A stretch of 64,000 bases of DNA, taken from NCBI GenBank assembly GCA_963769025.1, contig CAVYKI010000010.1, forward strand, positions 192,001 through 256,000. The letters are read 5' to 3'. Under the pieces are notes generated by a model, which was not told the origin of the DNA, did not search any database, and worked only from the letters and a program-made list of their open reading frames with translations. Below are positions 52,149 through 62,361 of the stretch, one piece after another. The position numbers and the translations under genes were made by a program. Numbering within the stretch: the stretch's first letter is position 1; each line of letters opens with the position of its first letter. The DNA comes from an uncultured Verrucomicrobiae bacterium. GTDB lineage: Bacteria; Verrucomicrobiota; Verrucomicrobiia; Chthoniobacterales; Chthoniobacteraceae.

Positions 52149-53108
52149 GGGATAAATGGGAGCGGATGGACAGCGATGCGCACCGGTGCGCCGTCTGAGT
52201 CAGGCGCTTCCGGCGCGGCGGCGAGGAATTCCCCGCCCGCGGCATCCCTGCGCAGGTAGCCGAGCGCGATATGGCGGTCGAGCGCGAAACTGAACGCGGC
52301 ACTCGTGAGCCGTCCGAGATCGCGCGACGGCTCCGCCGCGGAGAAAATGCGCGCGCCCGCCGCGAGCGGCACGCCATCCGTCGAGACGAACCCGCGCAGT
52401 TCGCGGTTCACGTGGCCGACGCTCTTCAGCCGCGAGATGACCTCCTGGCCGATGTAGCAGCCCTTGTGAAAATCGATGTGCGTGCGGTCGAGCCCCGCCT
52501 CCGGCGGGCAGCGTGCTCTCGTCGAGCTCGAAGCCCCAGCGCGGCACGCCGTGCTCGATGCGGATGAGTTCCAGCAGCGCCTCGGAAAGGACAGGCAGAT
52601 TCGCGGTGATTTTCTCCCACACGGGCGGCAGATCTTTTCGGAATGGCGGGAAGAAATCGAACCCGGCGACACCGAACCGGTTCGACGGCACGAGGCCGGC
52701 GCGGATTTCCTCCGGCACTGCGTCCGGCTTCATTCCGGCGAAATGGACAATCGCGATGCTCTCCCTCACGTCCTCCATCGTCACATCGTCCGCGATGATG
52801 TAGCGCTCCAGTCGCCCGGGGAGCACCTCGGCGACCGCAGGATCGGCGTCCACGAGCACGCCCGACGGGCCGATGCTCACGAAGACATCCGCGCACAGCC
52901 GTCCCTTCGCGGTGGTCACGCAGGCGGGAATGACGGAGGGGCATTTTGCCCCGGCGATGTTCGCCGTCACCTGGCCGTTGATGTAGCGGATGCGGTCGCC
53001 GCCCGTGAAAAGCAGCTTCACGCGCGAGGCCAAATCCACGACACCGCCGCGTTCGCGGAATGCGCGGTATTCCGCGGCTCCCGCGCCATTCTCCGGCGTC
53101 ACGCTCAT
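52145..53108 (-). CDS. ygfZ: Folate-binding Fe-S/tRNA modification protein YgfZ, frameshift near 52508
   Basis: GcvT-like N-terminus ([20 protein letters not shown]). The signature [12 protein letters not shown] is in the second frame. Confidence 0.9.
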
Positions 53109-53995
53109 TCGGCGGCTGGTGCCTTCGGCGGGGCCGCGTGGTGGTGGTTGTCGTAGAGCTTCGCGACGGCGGCGTAATCGAGATCGCCCCAGCCCTTCAT
53201 CACCGCGCCGTACATCACGCCGCCGACCGTGCTGGTCGCGGGCACGTCGAGCTCCAGCTTATTCGCCAGCTCGATGCCGAGCTGCACGTCCTTGAACATG
53301 TGCTTCAGCGAAAAATGCGGCGCGTAGTCGCCGTTGAGCATCAGCGGCAGCTTCAGATCCGTCACGCCGCTGCGCATCGCGTTGTTTTCGATGGCCTCGG
53401 CGAGCGCCTCCGGGCGGATGCCCGAGCGCTTCACGATGGCGAGCGCCTCGGCAAGCGTCTGCGCGGTCACGGCGCTGATGAGATTGGTGACGACCTTCAC
53501 CACCGCCGCCTGGCCGATTTCGCCGATCCGGATGATTGCCTTGCTCGTCGCCTCGAGGACCGGTTTCGCCCGCAGGAAATCCTGGTCCTCGCCCCCGATG
53601 TAATACACGAGCTGACGCTTGTCCGCCGCGCCCTTGCTCCCCGTGAAAGGCGCATCGAGAAACCGCGCGCCGAGCTGCCGCACGCGCTCCGCCGCGGCCT
53701 TCGTGCCTTCGAGGCCGATGGTCCCGTTGCACACGATGAGGTGCTGCGCCGTGAGTGCCGGGGCGAGCGCCTCGATCGTCTCCATCACCGCCCGTGCATC
53801 GGCGACGAAAAGCTGGATGATCTCGCACTCCTGCGCGACCTCGGCCGGAGAGCCGAGGAAATTGGGCGCGGGCTTCGGCGTGCGGTTCCACACGCTGGTG
53901 TTGAACCCCGCATGCCGCAGGCCCGCCGCCACGCGCGCGCCGATGATCCCGAGTCCGATGACGCCGACGTTCTTCTTCTTGTTCGATTGGCTCAT
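53105..53995 (-). CDS. NAD(P)-dependent oxidoreductase (3-hydroxyisobutyrate dehydrogenase family)
   Basis: GVIGLGIIG, WNRT, FLDAPFTGS and FSLKHMFKD. Confidence 0.9.
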   Translation of the reverse strand: MSQSNKKKNVGVIGLGIIGARVAAGLRHAGFNTSVWNRTPKPAPNFLGSPAEVAQECEIIQLFVADARAVMETIEALAPALTAQHLIVCNGTIGLEGTKAAAERVRQLGARFLDAPFTGSKGAADKRQLVYYIGGEDQDFLRAKPVLEATSKAIIRIGEIGQAAVVKVVTNLISAVTAQTLAEALAIVKRSGIRPEALAEAIENNAMRSGVTDLKLPLMLNGDYAPHFSLKHMFKDVQLGIELANKLELDVPATSTVGGVMYGAVMKGWGDLDYAAVAKLYDNHHHAAPPKAPAAE

Positions 53996-54058
53996 GAGCT
54001 GAAAATTTCCGACCTCAATCCAGCAGGAACGCCGCCGCCCCGCAACAGGGGGAAAGTG

Positions 54059-55099
54059 CTACTTCTTCGCGGGGGCCGGCGCCGGGGCATCGCCAGCGGC
54101 GATGTTCAGCTTCACGTCCGCCTTTTGGCGCATCACCGCGATCAGCTCGTCGATCGCCAGCCGCTTCCGCTCGCGCGAGAGGTAGGAGACAATCTGCGGC
54201 TTCGCCTCCTCGAACGGCTGCTTACCGACGGCCTTCCGATCCGTCACCTTGATGATGTGGTAGCCAAATTCCGAGCGGACAGGCTCCGGCGAGACCTCGT
54301 CCTTTTGCAGCTTGAACGCCGCCGCAGCGAACGGCTCGACCATCGCACCCTGGCGCGGGAAAAAGCTCAGGTCACCGCCGCGCTCCGCCGCGCCGGGCTC
54401 CTCGCTCAGCTCGCCCGCGAGCTTCGCAAAGTCCTCCTTCTTCGCACGCACCACCGCCGCCTCGGCCTTTTTCAACGTCTCGGTAACCTTCTCAGGCGTC
54501 GCGTCGGGCGTGAGCCGGAACAGGATGTGGCTCGCGCGCACCTGCTCGGGCTGCTCGAAATGCTGCGGGTTCTTGTCGTAAAATTCCTTCGCCTCCGCGT
54601 CCGTCGCGTCCGCAGCCTTGCCCTTGAGCTGGTCGTCCACCCACTGCCGCTGCTGCATGCGCTTCGCGATGTCCGCTTTCAGCGACTCGATCGTCATGCC
54701 CATCTGCGCGAGTTCCTTCTTCACATCCTCGACGCTCGCCTTGCGCGCCTCGCGGATTTTTTCAAATTCCGCATCCACGGTCGCCGGTTCGACCTTCACC
54801 GACGCAGCGGCCTTCGTCACCAGCCGCTCGTTGATCATGTCGTCCAGAATCATCTTCAGCACGCCCGGCTTCTGGTCCGGCGGCACCGAATCCACCTGCA
54901 TCCCGCGGCTCGCCGCAGCGCGCGCGAACGCCTGCTCCACCTCCGCATTCGTGATCGGCTCGCCATTCACCGTCGCCGCCAGTTCAGCCGGCAATCCGCC
55001 CGGCCCCTTCGCCGAGACGGGCTTGCTTTCAGCCACCGCAAAGGCGGCGGCGGCGATGGAGACGGCGATTGCGAGGCATTGCGAACGGTGGGTTTTCAT
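54059..55099 (-). CDS. Exported parvulin-type foldase (SurA/PrsA-like)
   Basis: Signal peptide, AATVNGEPIT SurA-N domain, and a PpiC domain (VRASHIL, GGDLSFF, SEFGYHIIKV). Confidence 0.92.
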   Translation of the reverse strand: MKTHRSQCLAIAVSIAAAAFAVAESKPVSAKGPGGLPAELAATVNGEPITNAEVEQAFARAAASRGMQVDSVPPDQKPGVLKMILDDMINERLVTKAAASVKVEPATVDAEFEKIREARKASVEDVKKELAQMGMTIESLKADIAKRMQQRQWVDDQLKGKAADATDAEAKEFYDKNPQHFEQPEQVRASHILFRLTPDATPEKVTETLKKAEAAVVRAKKEDFAKLAGELSEEPGAAERGGDLSFFPRQGAMVEPFAAAAFKLQKDEVSPEPVRSEFGYHIIKVTDRKAVGKQPFEEAKPQIVSYLSRERKRLAIDELIAVMRQKADVKLNIAAGDAPAPAPAKK

Positions 55100-55336
55100 A
55101 ATGAGGCGCGGACGCTTGCACGGCTCCCCGCCCGTGGCGAGGGGTTTTGCGCAAAAATTCCGGTGCGCGCCCCGGATAGTTTGAGCGTCGGGAAACTGCA
55201 TGGCGACCGTGCTCAAATGCAGGGTCAACTGCGTGCGAGAATTCTTCGGGGCACTGCTCAACTGCGCGGCGTTGATCGCACCGCGCAGAGCAGGACGACC
55301 TCCCCCACTCCTCACGCCCGTGCGCAAAAAGCGGAA

Positions 55337-55501
55337 CTAGTGACCGGTCGCCCGCTCGAGATGCTGGCCCGTGTGCTCCACATCGCGGCCTACGCCACGA
55401 ATCGTGTTGCAGCCCGTGCTCGCGATGCTGACCAGTGCTGCAGCCAGAAAAAGAAGGGCGAACCGGACATGGGCTTTGGTTTTCGGTGTCTTTGTTTTCA
55501 T
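55337..55501 (-). CDS. Entericidin EcnA/B family lipoprotein (54 aa)
   Basis: Absent from the ORF track. MKTKTPKTKAHVRFALLFLAAALVSIASTG-CNTIRGVGRDVEHTGQHLERATGH has a lipobox followed by the CNTxxGxGxD signature. Confidence 0.88.
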   Translation of the reverse strand: MKTKTPKTKAHVRFALLFLAAALVSIASTGCNTIRGVGRDVEHTGQHLERATGH

Positions 55502-55615
55502 ACCTCCTTATTCGCAAGCTCACCGCGAAGTGGTCGTAAGAAACCGTCCCGGAAATGCTGCGCGCCACAGTCCTACTCGCCTCCGGCTGTCCGGTGGCGA
55601 TGCGGTCTGAAGACC

Positions 55616-56563
55616 CTACGCGACCGATCGGGACGCGCGTGCTCCCGCGCTTCGGGTCGTCCGCGCCGGCGGTCTGGCAGCTCCATTCGAATCAGCGGCG
55701 GCGATGAATTTTTCCACGACCGTGGAAGCCGCTCCGACCCGGCACGCGGCACCGACGACGATCGGCGCGGAGTCGGGTGTCAGTGAAAGAATTTTCAGGC
55801 GCGGCCCGACCATGCACGCCATGCAACCGGCGACCAGGGCGACGCCTCGGCCGGATTCCACCGCGGCGATGAGGCTCGTCACGCTGTCGTGCTCCTCGAC
55901 GATCATGCGGTCCGGCGCCGAGCGGCGCGAAGAGCGCGGCGAGGGCATGCGTGGTATTCGGGATAGTCGGCGCGGCTGTAGGCGATGAGTGGCTCGGCTG
56001 CGATCCGGGCGAGGCTGACCGACTTCTGCGCGCGAGGCGTATCGCCGGGCGGGAAGGCGACGCACATCGGGTAGCGAGCGATTTCGTGAAAGCGCAGGCC
56101 GCGGAGTTGAGCGCCTTGGGGTTGCACCATCAGCGCGAGTTGCAGCCGGCCCTCGCGCAGCCCGGCGAGCATTTCCTCCGTCGAGAGATCATGCAGGGCG
56201 ACGCGCACCTTGGGGAACTCGGCCTGGAAGCGGCGCAACGCGCGCGGAAGAATTGCGACGGTGAGCGACGGAGCGTAGCCGACATGAATTCGCCCGCCGT
56301 TCCATCCGCCGCGGCCGCACCGTGGCAACGGCTTCCTCGGCGCGCTGGAGCACGGCGCGAGCCTCCGCGAGGAAGACGCGGCCCGGCTCGGTGAGGCGCA
56401 CGGCCTTCGCGCTGCGCTCGAGAAGCGTGACACCGAGCTCGTCTTCGAGATCGCGGATCTGCCGGCTCACTGCGGGCTGCGCGACGCGCAGTTTCGCGGC
56501 GGCGCGCGTGACATTTTCCGCCTCAGCCACGGCGACGAAGTAACGCAGATGACGGAGTTCCAT
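55616..56563 (-). CDS. LysR family transcriptional regulator, several frameshifts, 3' end uncertain
   Basis: MELRHLRYFVAVAE...QPAVSRQIRDLEDELG HTH. The substrate-binding domain (IHVGYAPSL, AAVESGRGVALV) lies in other frames. Confidence 0.9.
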
Positions 56564-56573
56564 GCACGGCGAG

Positions 56574-56590
56574 CATGCCTTTCGCGCATG
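56574..56590. promoter_or_regulatory. Predicted LysR recognition site (T-N11-A dyad)
   Basis: CATGC-CTTTCGC-GCATG (ATGC-N7-GCAT) between the divergent lysR and pirin genes. The pirin -10 TAAGGT (56636-56641) lies 6 nt before its ATG. Confidence 0.65.
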
Positions 56591-56647
56591 GTAAGGCAAG
56601 GAACATGGTATTTCCGCAGCGCGGCGCTCGCGGGCTAAGGTCGGCCC

Positions 56648-57350
56648 ATGATCACTCTTCGAAAAAGCCAACGAACGGGGCCATGCCGACCACGGCTGGC
56701 TCGACTCGTATCACACCTTCAGCTTCGCGGATTACCACGATCCGAAGTGGATGGGTTTCCGCAGCCTGCGCGTCATCAACGACGACCTCGTGATGCCGCG
56801 CATGGGTTTCGGCAAACATCCGCATCGCGACATGGAGATCATCACCTACATCCTCAGCGGCTCGCTGGCGCATCAGGATTCGATGGGCAACGGACGCGTC
56901 ATCACCGCGGGTGAGTTTCAATACATGGCCGCCGGCACCGGCGTGCAGCACAGCGAACAGAATCCCTCGCGGCACGGAGGCGGTGCATCTGCTCCAGGTC
57001 TGGATCAGGCCCGACGAGAAAGGCGTGAAGCCGCGCTACGCCGAGAAGTCGATGAAGGACGGCCGCCACCGGGCAGCTTCATCTCGTCACCAGCAAGACG
57101 GGCCGCGATGACTCGATCGCCATCCATCAGGATGCCGATCTCTGGCTGGCCAAGCTCGACGCCTGGACAAAGCGTCACGCACTCCCTTCGCCTCCGATCG
57201 CCATGCCTGGGTCCACGTGGCCGAAGGCGACATCACCCTCAATGGCCAGACCCTGACCGGCGGCGATGCCGTCGCCATCACAGGTGAATCCGCGCTGGAA
57301 CTGCAACGGCGCCAAAGCCGCGCAAGTCCTCGCTCTTTGATCTCAACTAA
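56648..57350 (+). CDS. Pirin family protein (YhhW-like), many frameshifts
   Basis: [58 protein letters not shown] and terminal LFDLN*. Confidence 0.9.
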
Positions 57351-57380
57351 TCCAACCAACCAAACCAAACCAGACATCCC

Positions 57381-57981
57381 ATGACCAAGCTACTCGTTCT
57401 CTATTACTCCATGTACGGCCACGTCGAAACCATGGCCAACGCCGATCGCCGAAGGCGCACGCAGCGTGGAGGGCATCGAGGTGACGCTCAAGCGCGTGCC
57501 GGAGACCATGCCCCCCGAGGTGGCCAAGCAATACGGCGCCAAGCTCGACCAAAGCGCACCCGTCGCTTCACCCAAGGAACTCGGCGATTACGACGCGATC
57601 ATCTTCGGCAGCCCGACACGCTTCGGCAACATGACCGCGCAGATGCGCAACTTCCTCGACCAGACGGGCAGCCTCTGGATGAGCGGCGCGCTCGTCGGCA
57701 AAGTCGGCAGCGTCTTCACCAGCACCGGCACGGGCGGCGGCAATGAGAGCACGATCATCAGCTTCGTCACCACACTCATGCATCACGGCATGGTCTATGT
57801 CGGCCTGCCCTACTCCTGCCCGGAACTCGCCGACATCAGCGAGGTGAAAGGCGGCTCGCCCTGGGGCGCCGCGTGCATCGCCGGTGCGGACGGTTCGCGC
57901 CAGCCTCGCGCCAAGGAACTCGCCATGGCGCGCTTTCAGGGCGGTCACGTCGCGAAGCTCGCGACCAAACTCAAAAGCTGA
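57381..57981 (+). CDS. wrbA: NAD(P)H:quinone oxidoreductase WrbA, frameshift near 57443
   Basis: [39 protein letters not shown] and GGSPWGA. Confidence 0.93.
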
Positions 57982-57998
57982 ACCTCACGCGATCATCC

Positions 57999-58372
57999 AT
58001 GAAATACGCCACACTCATCGCGCGCCTCTTGCTCGGCGCCATCTTCGTCGTCTTCAGCCTGAATTTCTGGCTGCGCTTCATCCCCATGCCCCCGCCTCCG
58101 CGGGCAATGCGGGCGCCTTCACGGGCGCGCTCTTCGCCAGCGGCTATCTCGGTGCGGTGAAGGTGTGCGAACTCACCGGCGGCTTGCTCATGCTCAGCGG
58201 GCGCTTCACTCCCGTGGGGCTGCTCTTCCTCGGTCCGATCATCCTGAACATTCTCTTCTTCGATGTGTTCATGGCGAAGGCTTTCAACCCCGTGAGTTCC
58301 CTCGCCGCCGTACTCGCGCTCTTCCTCCTCTGGGCAAATCGCGAACGCTTCGCGCCGCTCGCGAAGGGGTGA
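57999..58372 (+). CDS. DoxX family membrane protein, frameshift near 58098
   Basis: IARLLLGAIFVVFSLN...SGYL..VK..ELTGGLLML...PIILNILFF. Confidence 0.82.
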
Positions 58373-58439
58373 GCGAAGCCGTCGGCATCGTGGTTTTCGT
58401 GGCGTGCAAACAGCTTGAGCGCCGCACGCCTGCCAAAAG

Positions 58440-58524
58440 TGCCGGCAGCGGGACTCGAACCCGCACGGGAGTTGCCTCCCAAGGGATTTTAAGTCCCTTG
58501 CGTCTGCCATTTCGCCATGCCGGC
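58440..58524 (-). tRNA. tRNA-Leu (TAA), CCA not encoded
   Basis: GCCGGCA acceptor pairs with TGCCGGC-A; anticodon arm AGGGA-CTTAAAA-TCCCT; variable arm GGGAG-GCAA-CTCCC; GGTTCGAGTCC T-loop. Confidence 0.97.
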
Positions 58525-58620
58525 AGATGCCGAAAATGCATTACTTGCGAAGGAACGAAGAAGGCGAGCTTGCATTTGGGCAGCCGCTGCACGCGGGACC
58601 GACGCCTCCCTGCAGCCCGG

Positions 58621-61001
58621 TCATTTCGCCGCGGTGACAGACGTCGGGACCATCTCGATTTTCGCGGCCGCGGCATGGGGCGGCTCGGCATTGTCGGCGG
58701 TCTCCGCGAGGACGGTGAGCGGGATGTTGAACGGGCCCGGCTTTGCACCGAACTCGATCGTCAGCGTGCCCTGTGTCTCGCCGCCGGCGAGGAGCACGGG
58801 TTTCGCGCTCACGCCGGTGATGTGGGGCGGCAGCGTCAGCGCGACGCGCATCGGGCGCTTCGCCACGGCGGGATCGCGGCGGAGCGTGAAAGCGCACCTC
58901 GACCCGGCCACCGGGCACGACGGGATACGAGGTGTTTGCAGTCGTGAGGCGCAGCATCCCCTCCGAGACTACGGAGATGATCTGCTCGTTCTGCTCGAAC
59001 GACGTGTGGCTGATGGTGTGCTTCGTGCCGTCGAAGTCGGTGAGTTCGCCGACGAGCATGAGCTGCACGCGGTTCGTTCGGCCGAGTTCCAGATCCGGCG
59101 GGAAAAGCACGTGGTAGGTGAAGTCGGTGGCGCCGGGCGGGATGAGCATCGGCTTCGCCGTCAGGCCTTGCAGGCAGCGGCCCTGACGGTCGGCAAGGCT
59201 GACGGTGATGGGGCCGTCGAATCCGCCGCGCTGCAGCTCGAAGTGCTTGCTCATCGTGGTGCCGGAGGGCTGGTCGTTGGTCACCCAGTATTCGCCGATG
59301 TGCGTGAACGGCACGGCGGGCGCGATGCCGAGGCGGACGTGATCGGCGCGCGGTTCGCCGAAGGCGGAGGGAAATGTGGCGTCATGCGTCAGCGTCTTGC
59401 CATCGAACTCGGCGGTCCCGCGGATGGTGATGTTCGCGACTTGGATCTTCGTGCGCGGCGGTGCGGTGAAGCGGAGATCGGCGAACTTCTGCTTCGCGCT
59501 GATCACCGGCTTGTCGAGCGTGACACCCTCGGGCAGGCCGCGCACTTCGAGCGTCACGTCCTTTGCGAAAGTGCCCAGCGGGGCGACCGTCACGCGCAAG
59601 GTGCTTCCTTTCGGCGCGGGTTTCTTTTTCGCAGTCGGATCAGCTGCATCGGCTTCCGTTTGGCGCGTGATGTTCACGACGTCGCTGGAGAGGGTGAGTT
59701 CAAAGTCGGCGGTCTCGGCGAGTGTGGCGCGCAGGCGGTAGCCAAATGCCGGGCCTCCGCGGGCGGCGAAGCGGTCCGAAATCCCGACGCGGTAGCTGCC
59801 ATCCGCGGGCGCAGTGAATTGCAGCCGCGAGTCCGGCAGGCCCTCGGGGCGATCGTCATTGCGCGCGAGTTCCTTTCCGGCGGCGTCGGTGATGGCGATG
59901 ACGGAGTCGAGCTTGCTGCCGATTTGCGCAGCGATGGCATCCAGGACGAGCGCCTGCCCCTTTTTCAGATCCACGCTCCAAACATCGGTTTCGCCCGGCC
60001 GGGCGATGCAGCCGTTCAACATCGCGGGCAGGGTGAAGACACTCGGAGCGCCCTCGCCGTCGCGCTCGCGAAACTCAGGAAGATCGTCCACATGCAGGAT
60101 GGCGATGCCCATGTCCCCGATGCGCTGCGTCAGCGCGCTGCCGGTGGCGGGACTCAGCGGCACCGCGACGCTCCGGGTGCCGTTGATCAGGAATTTCACC
60201 GTCTCCCCGCGGCGTCCGCCGAGCGGGTAGATGGACTCGACGCGCGGGCCCGCTTGCAGCGTGAGCCGATAGACAAAATTCGGCCCGCCGGCGAAGCCAG
60301 AGTCGCACACCTTCACCGTGTATTCGCCCGCGGCACGGGCGGTGAAGACGACGGCGGGATCGCCGGAGATATCGGTCTGCCGGCGTCTGTCGCGGACGGT
60401 GCTGCCATCCGGCGCGATGATTTCGAGCGCGGCCTCCAGCGGATAGCCGAGGCTGTGCGACGCAAGCGAGCAGGAGATCGTCTGACCCTTGTCCGCGTGG
60501 AAGGTCCACAGGTCCACATCCTCGCGGGGAAAGATGCGGCCATTGATCGTGACCGGCATCGCCACGTGCGCGGGAAGCGGAGCGCCTTCGATCTCACGCT
60601 CGATGATCTCCGGCAGGTCGCCGACGACGAATTTCATCGTGGCCGTGGTGCCCTGCGAAGTGCGGCAGTGCCAGTGCCGCACGCCGGGCATCGCATCGGC
60701 CGCGATGGTGACGCTTCCCGCGTGGTCCTTCGGGTAGTCTTCGCGCCTTCTGCGATTCGGGCTTCAAAATCATCGGGCCTTCGATCCAGAAGTTCTCGAC
60801 GGCCTTCACCTCCGGCGACGCCTGCACGCCGGCGCCCGTCATCTCGAAACCGGCGCGACCGTGCAGATAGAAACCGCCGACGCGGACATCGACCTTCGTG
60901 CCGCGCTGTCCGCCCGCTGGGAAAATGTGCGAGACGCCGGGCGGTTCGGCCTTGGCAACCGCCGCGAGCAGGCACGCGCTGAGGACGAAGGCGCGCATCA
61001 T
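58621..61001 (-). CDS. Exported PPC (pre-peptidase C-terminal) domain protein, frameshifts near 60745 and 58890
   Basis: Signal peptide and IFPAGGQRGT N-terminus; repeated INGRI...DVDLWTF...GQ and LNGCI...ETDVWSV...ARNDD...DSRLQFTAPADGSY...YRLR modules. Confidence 0.82.
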
Positions 61002-61005
61002 CGGA

Positions 61006-62352
61006 TCAGATCAGCTCTTTGATGATGCGGCCGTTGTTCGTCAGCATCACGGGCCGGCCCTCGGGCGTGTGCATCTCGTCGTGCGGATTGATGCCGAGCA
61101 GTGAATAGACCGTGGCGCAGAGGTCCTCCGGGCCGTACGGATTGTCGGCGGGATCGGACGCGCTGGCATCGCTCCTGCCCACGACGCGCCCGCCCTCGAT
61201 GCCGCCACCGCCGAGCGCGACGGTGAAGCAGCGGCTCCAGTGATCGCGGCCGGCGTCCTTGTTGATCTTCGGCGTGCGGCCGAACTCCCCGGTCACCACG
61301 ACGAGCGTCTTTTTCAACATGCCCCGGTCCGCGAGATCGGCGAAGAGCGCGGACATCGCCATGTCGAGCTTGGGCAGCAGATCGTCCTTCAGCGTGCCGA
61401 ACTGATGGTAGTGCGTGTCCCAGTTCTGATGCTCGACGGTCACGCAGCGCACGCCGGACTCGACGAGCCGCCGCGCCATGAGGCACGACTGCCCGAGCGT
61501 GGTGCGGCCATACGCGGCGCGAAGTTTTTCCGGCTCCGCGTGGATGTTGAAAGCCGTCTTCGCCTCGCCGGAGGTCATGAGCGCCGTCGCGCGCTGGCTG
61601 AAGACGCTCAGGTCGCTCGCACCCGCGTTCGCACTTTTCTCGACGCTGCGCTGGAAACGATCCACGTGCGCGAGCAGGCCGCGGCGATCCTCGAGGCGCG
61701 CGGCATCCACCTGGAGCGGTGGCATGAGATCGGGCACCTCGAAGCCGGGCGAGTTCGGATCCGCCTCGATGGTGAAAGGCATCGCGGTCGGGCCGAGGTA
61801 GGCGGAGCCGGCGCTCGGGTGCATCGTCGGCAGGCACATGTAAGGCGGGATGCTGCCGCGCGCACCGAGCTTGTGCGCGATCACCGAGCCGATGGACGGC
61901 TGCTGGTTGTTCGGCGTGAGCCCGGCGTTGAAGCCGGCGTTCGGGTGGTAGCCCGTGAGCATGTAGTGGTCGGCGGGACCGTGCCCGGCATTGCTGTGCG
62001 TGAAGGAACGGATGAGCGAAAACTTGTCCATCACGCCCGCGATGCGCGGCAGCTGATCGCAGATGTGGATGCCGGGCACTTTCGTCGGCATCGGCTGAAA
62101 GACGCCGCGGATCGTGTCGGGCGCGTCGGGCTTCATGTCAAACGTGTCAATCGTGCTCAGCCCGCCGCGGAGAAAGACGAAGATCAGCGACGTGTCGCCG
62201 CGCGTGCCGTCCAGTTTGCCGGAAGCCTTGCCCAGCGATTCTGCGCGCATCAGGCCATCGAGCGAAAAGCTCGCGCCGAGTGCGCTGGCGGCGCCGACGC
62301 GGAGGAAGCTGCGACGGGAGATGCGGTCGCAAAAGGCAGGGGTGTGTTTCAT
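61006..62352 (-). CDS. DUF1501 domain protein with a Tat signal
   Basis: SRRSFLR, GGLSTIDTFDMKP, GQSCLMARRLVESGV, WDTH and GEFGRTPKIN...GRDHW. Confidence 0.92.
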   Translation of the reverse strand: MKHTPAFCDRISRRSFLRVGAASALGASFSLDGLMRAESLGKASGKLDGTRGDTSLIFVFLRGGLSTIDTFDMKPDAPDTIRGVFQPMPTKVPGIHICDQLPRIAGVMDKFSLIRSFTHSNAGHGPADHYMLTGYHPNAGFNAGLTPNNQQPSIGSVIAHKLGARGSIPPYMCLPTMHPSAGSAYLGPTAMPFTIEADPNSPGFEVPDLMPPLQVDAARLEDRRGLLAHVDRFQRSVEKSANAGASDLSVFSQRATALMTSGEAKTAFNIHAEPEKLRAAYGRTTLGQSCLMARRLVESGVRCVTVEHQNWDTHYHQFGTLKDDLLPKLDMAMSALFADLADRGMLKKTLVVVTGEFGRTPKINKDAGRDHWSRCFTVALGGGGIEGGRVVGRSDASASDPADNPYGPEDLCATVYSLLGINPHDEMHTPEGRPVMLTNNGRIIKELI

Positions 62353-62361
62353 GGCGTGCGA

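Noticed and set aside
53060..55786. 908-aa plus-strand ORF (and the 821-aa ORF at 58517..60982)
   Set aside because: Antisense shadows of well-supported minus-strand genes.
51336..58524. Integrative element bounded by the two tRNAs
   Set aside because: No integrase, no duplicated tRNA 3' end (att site), and the interior includes housekeeping genes.
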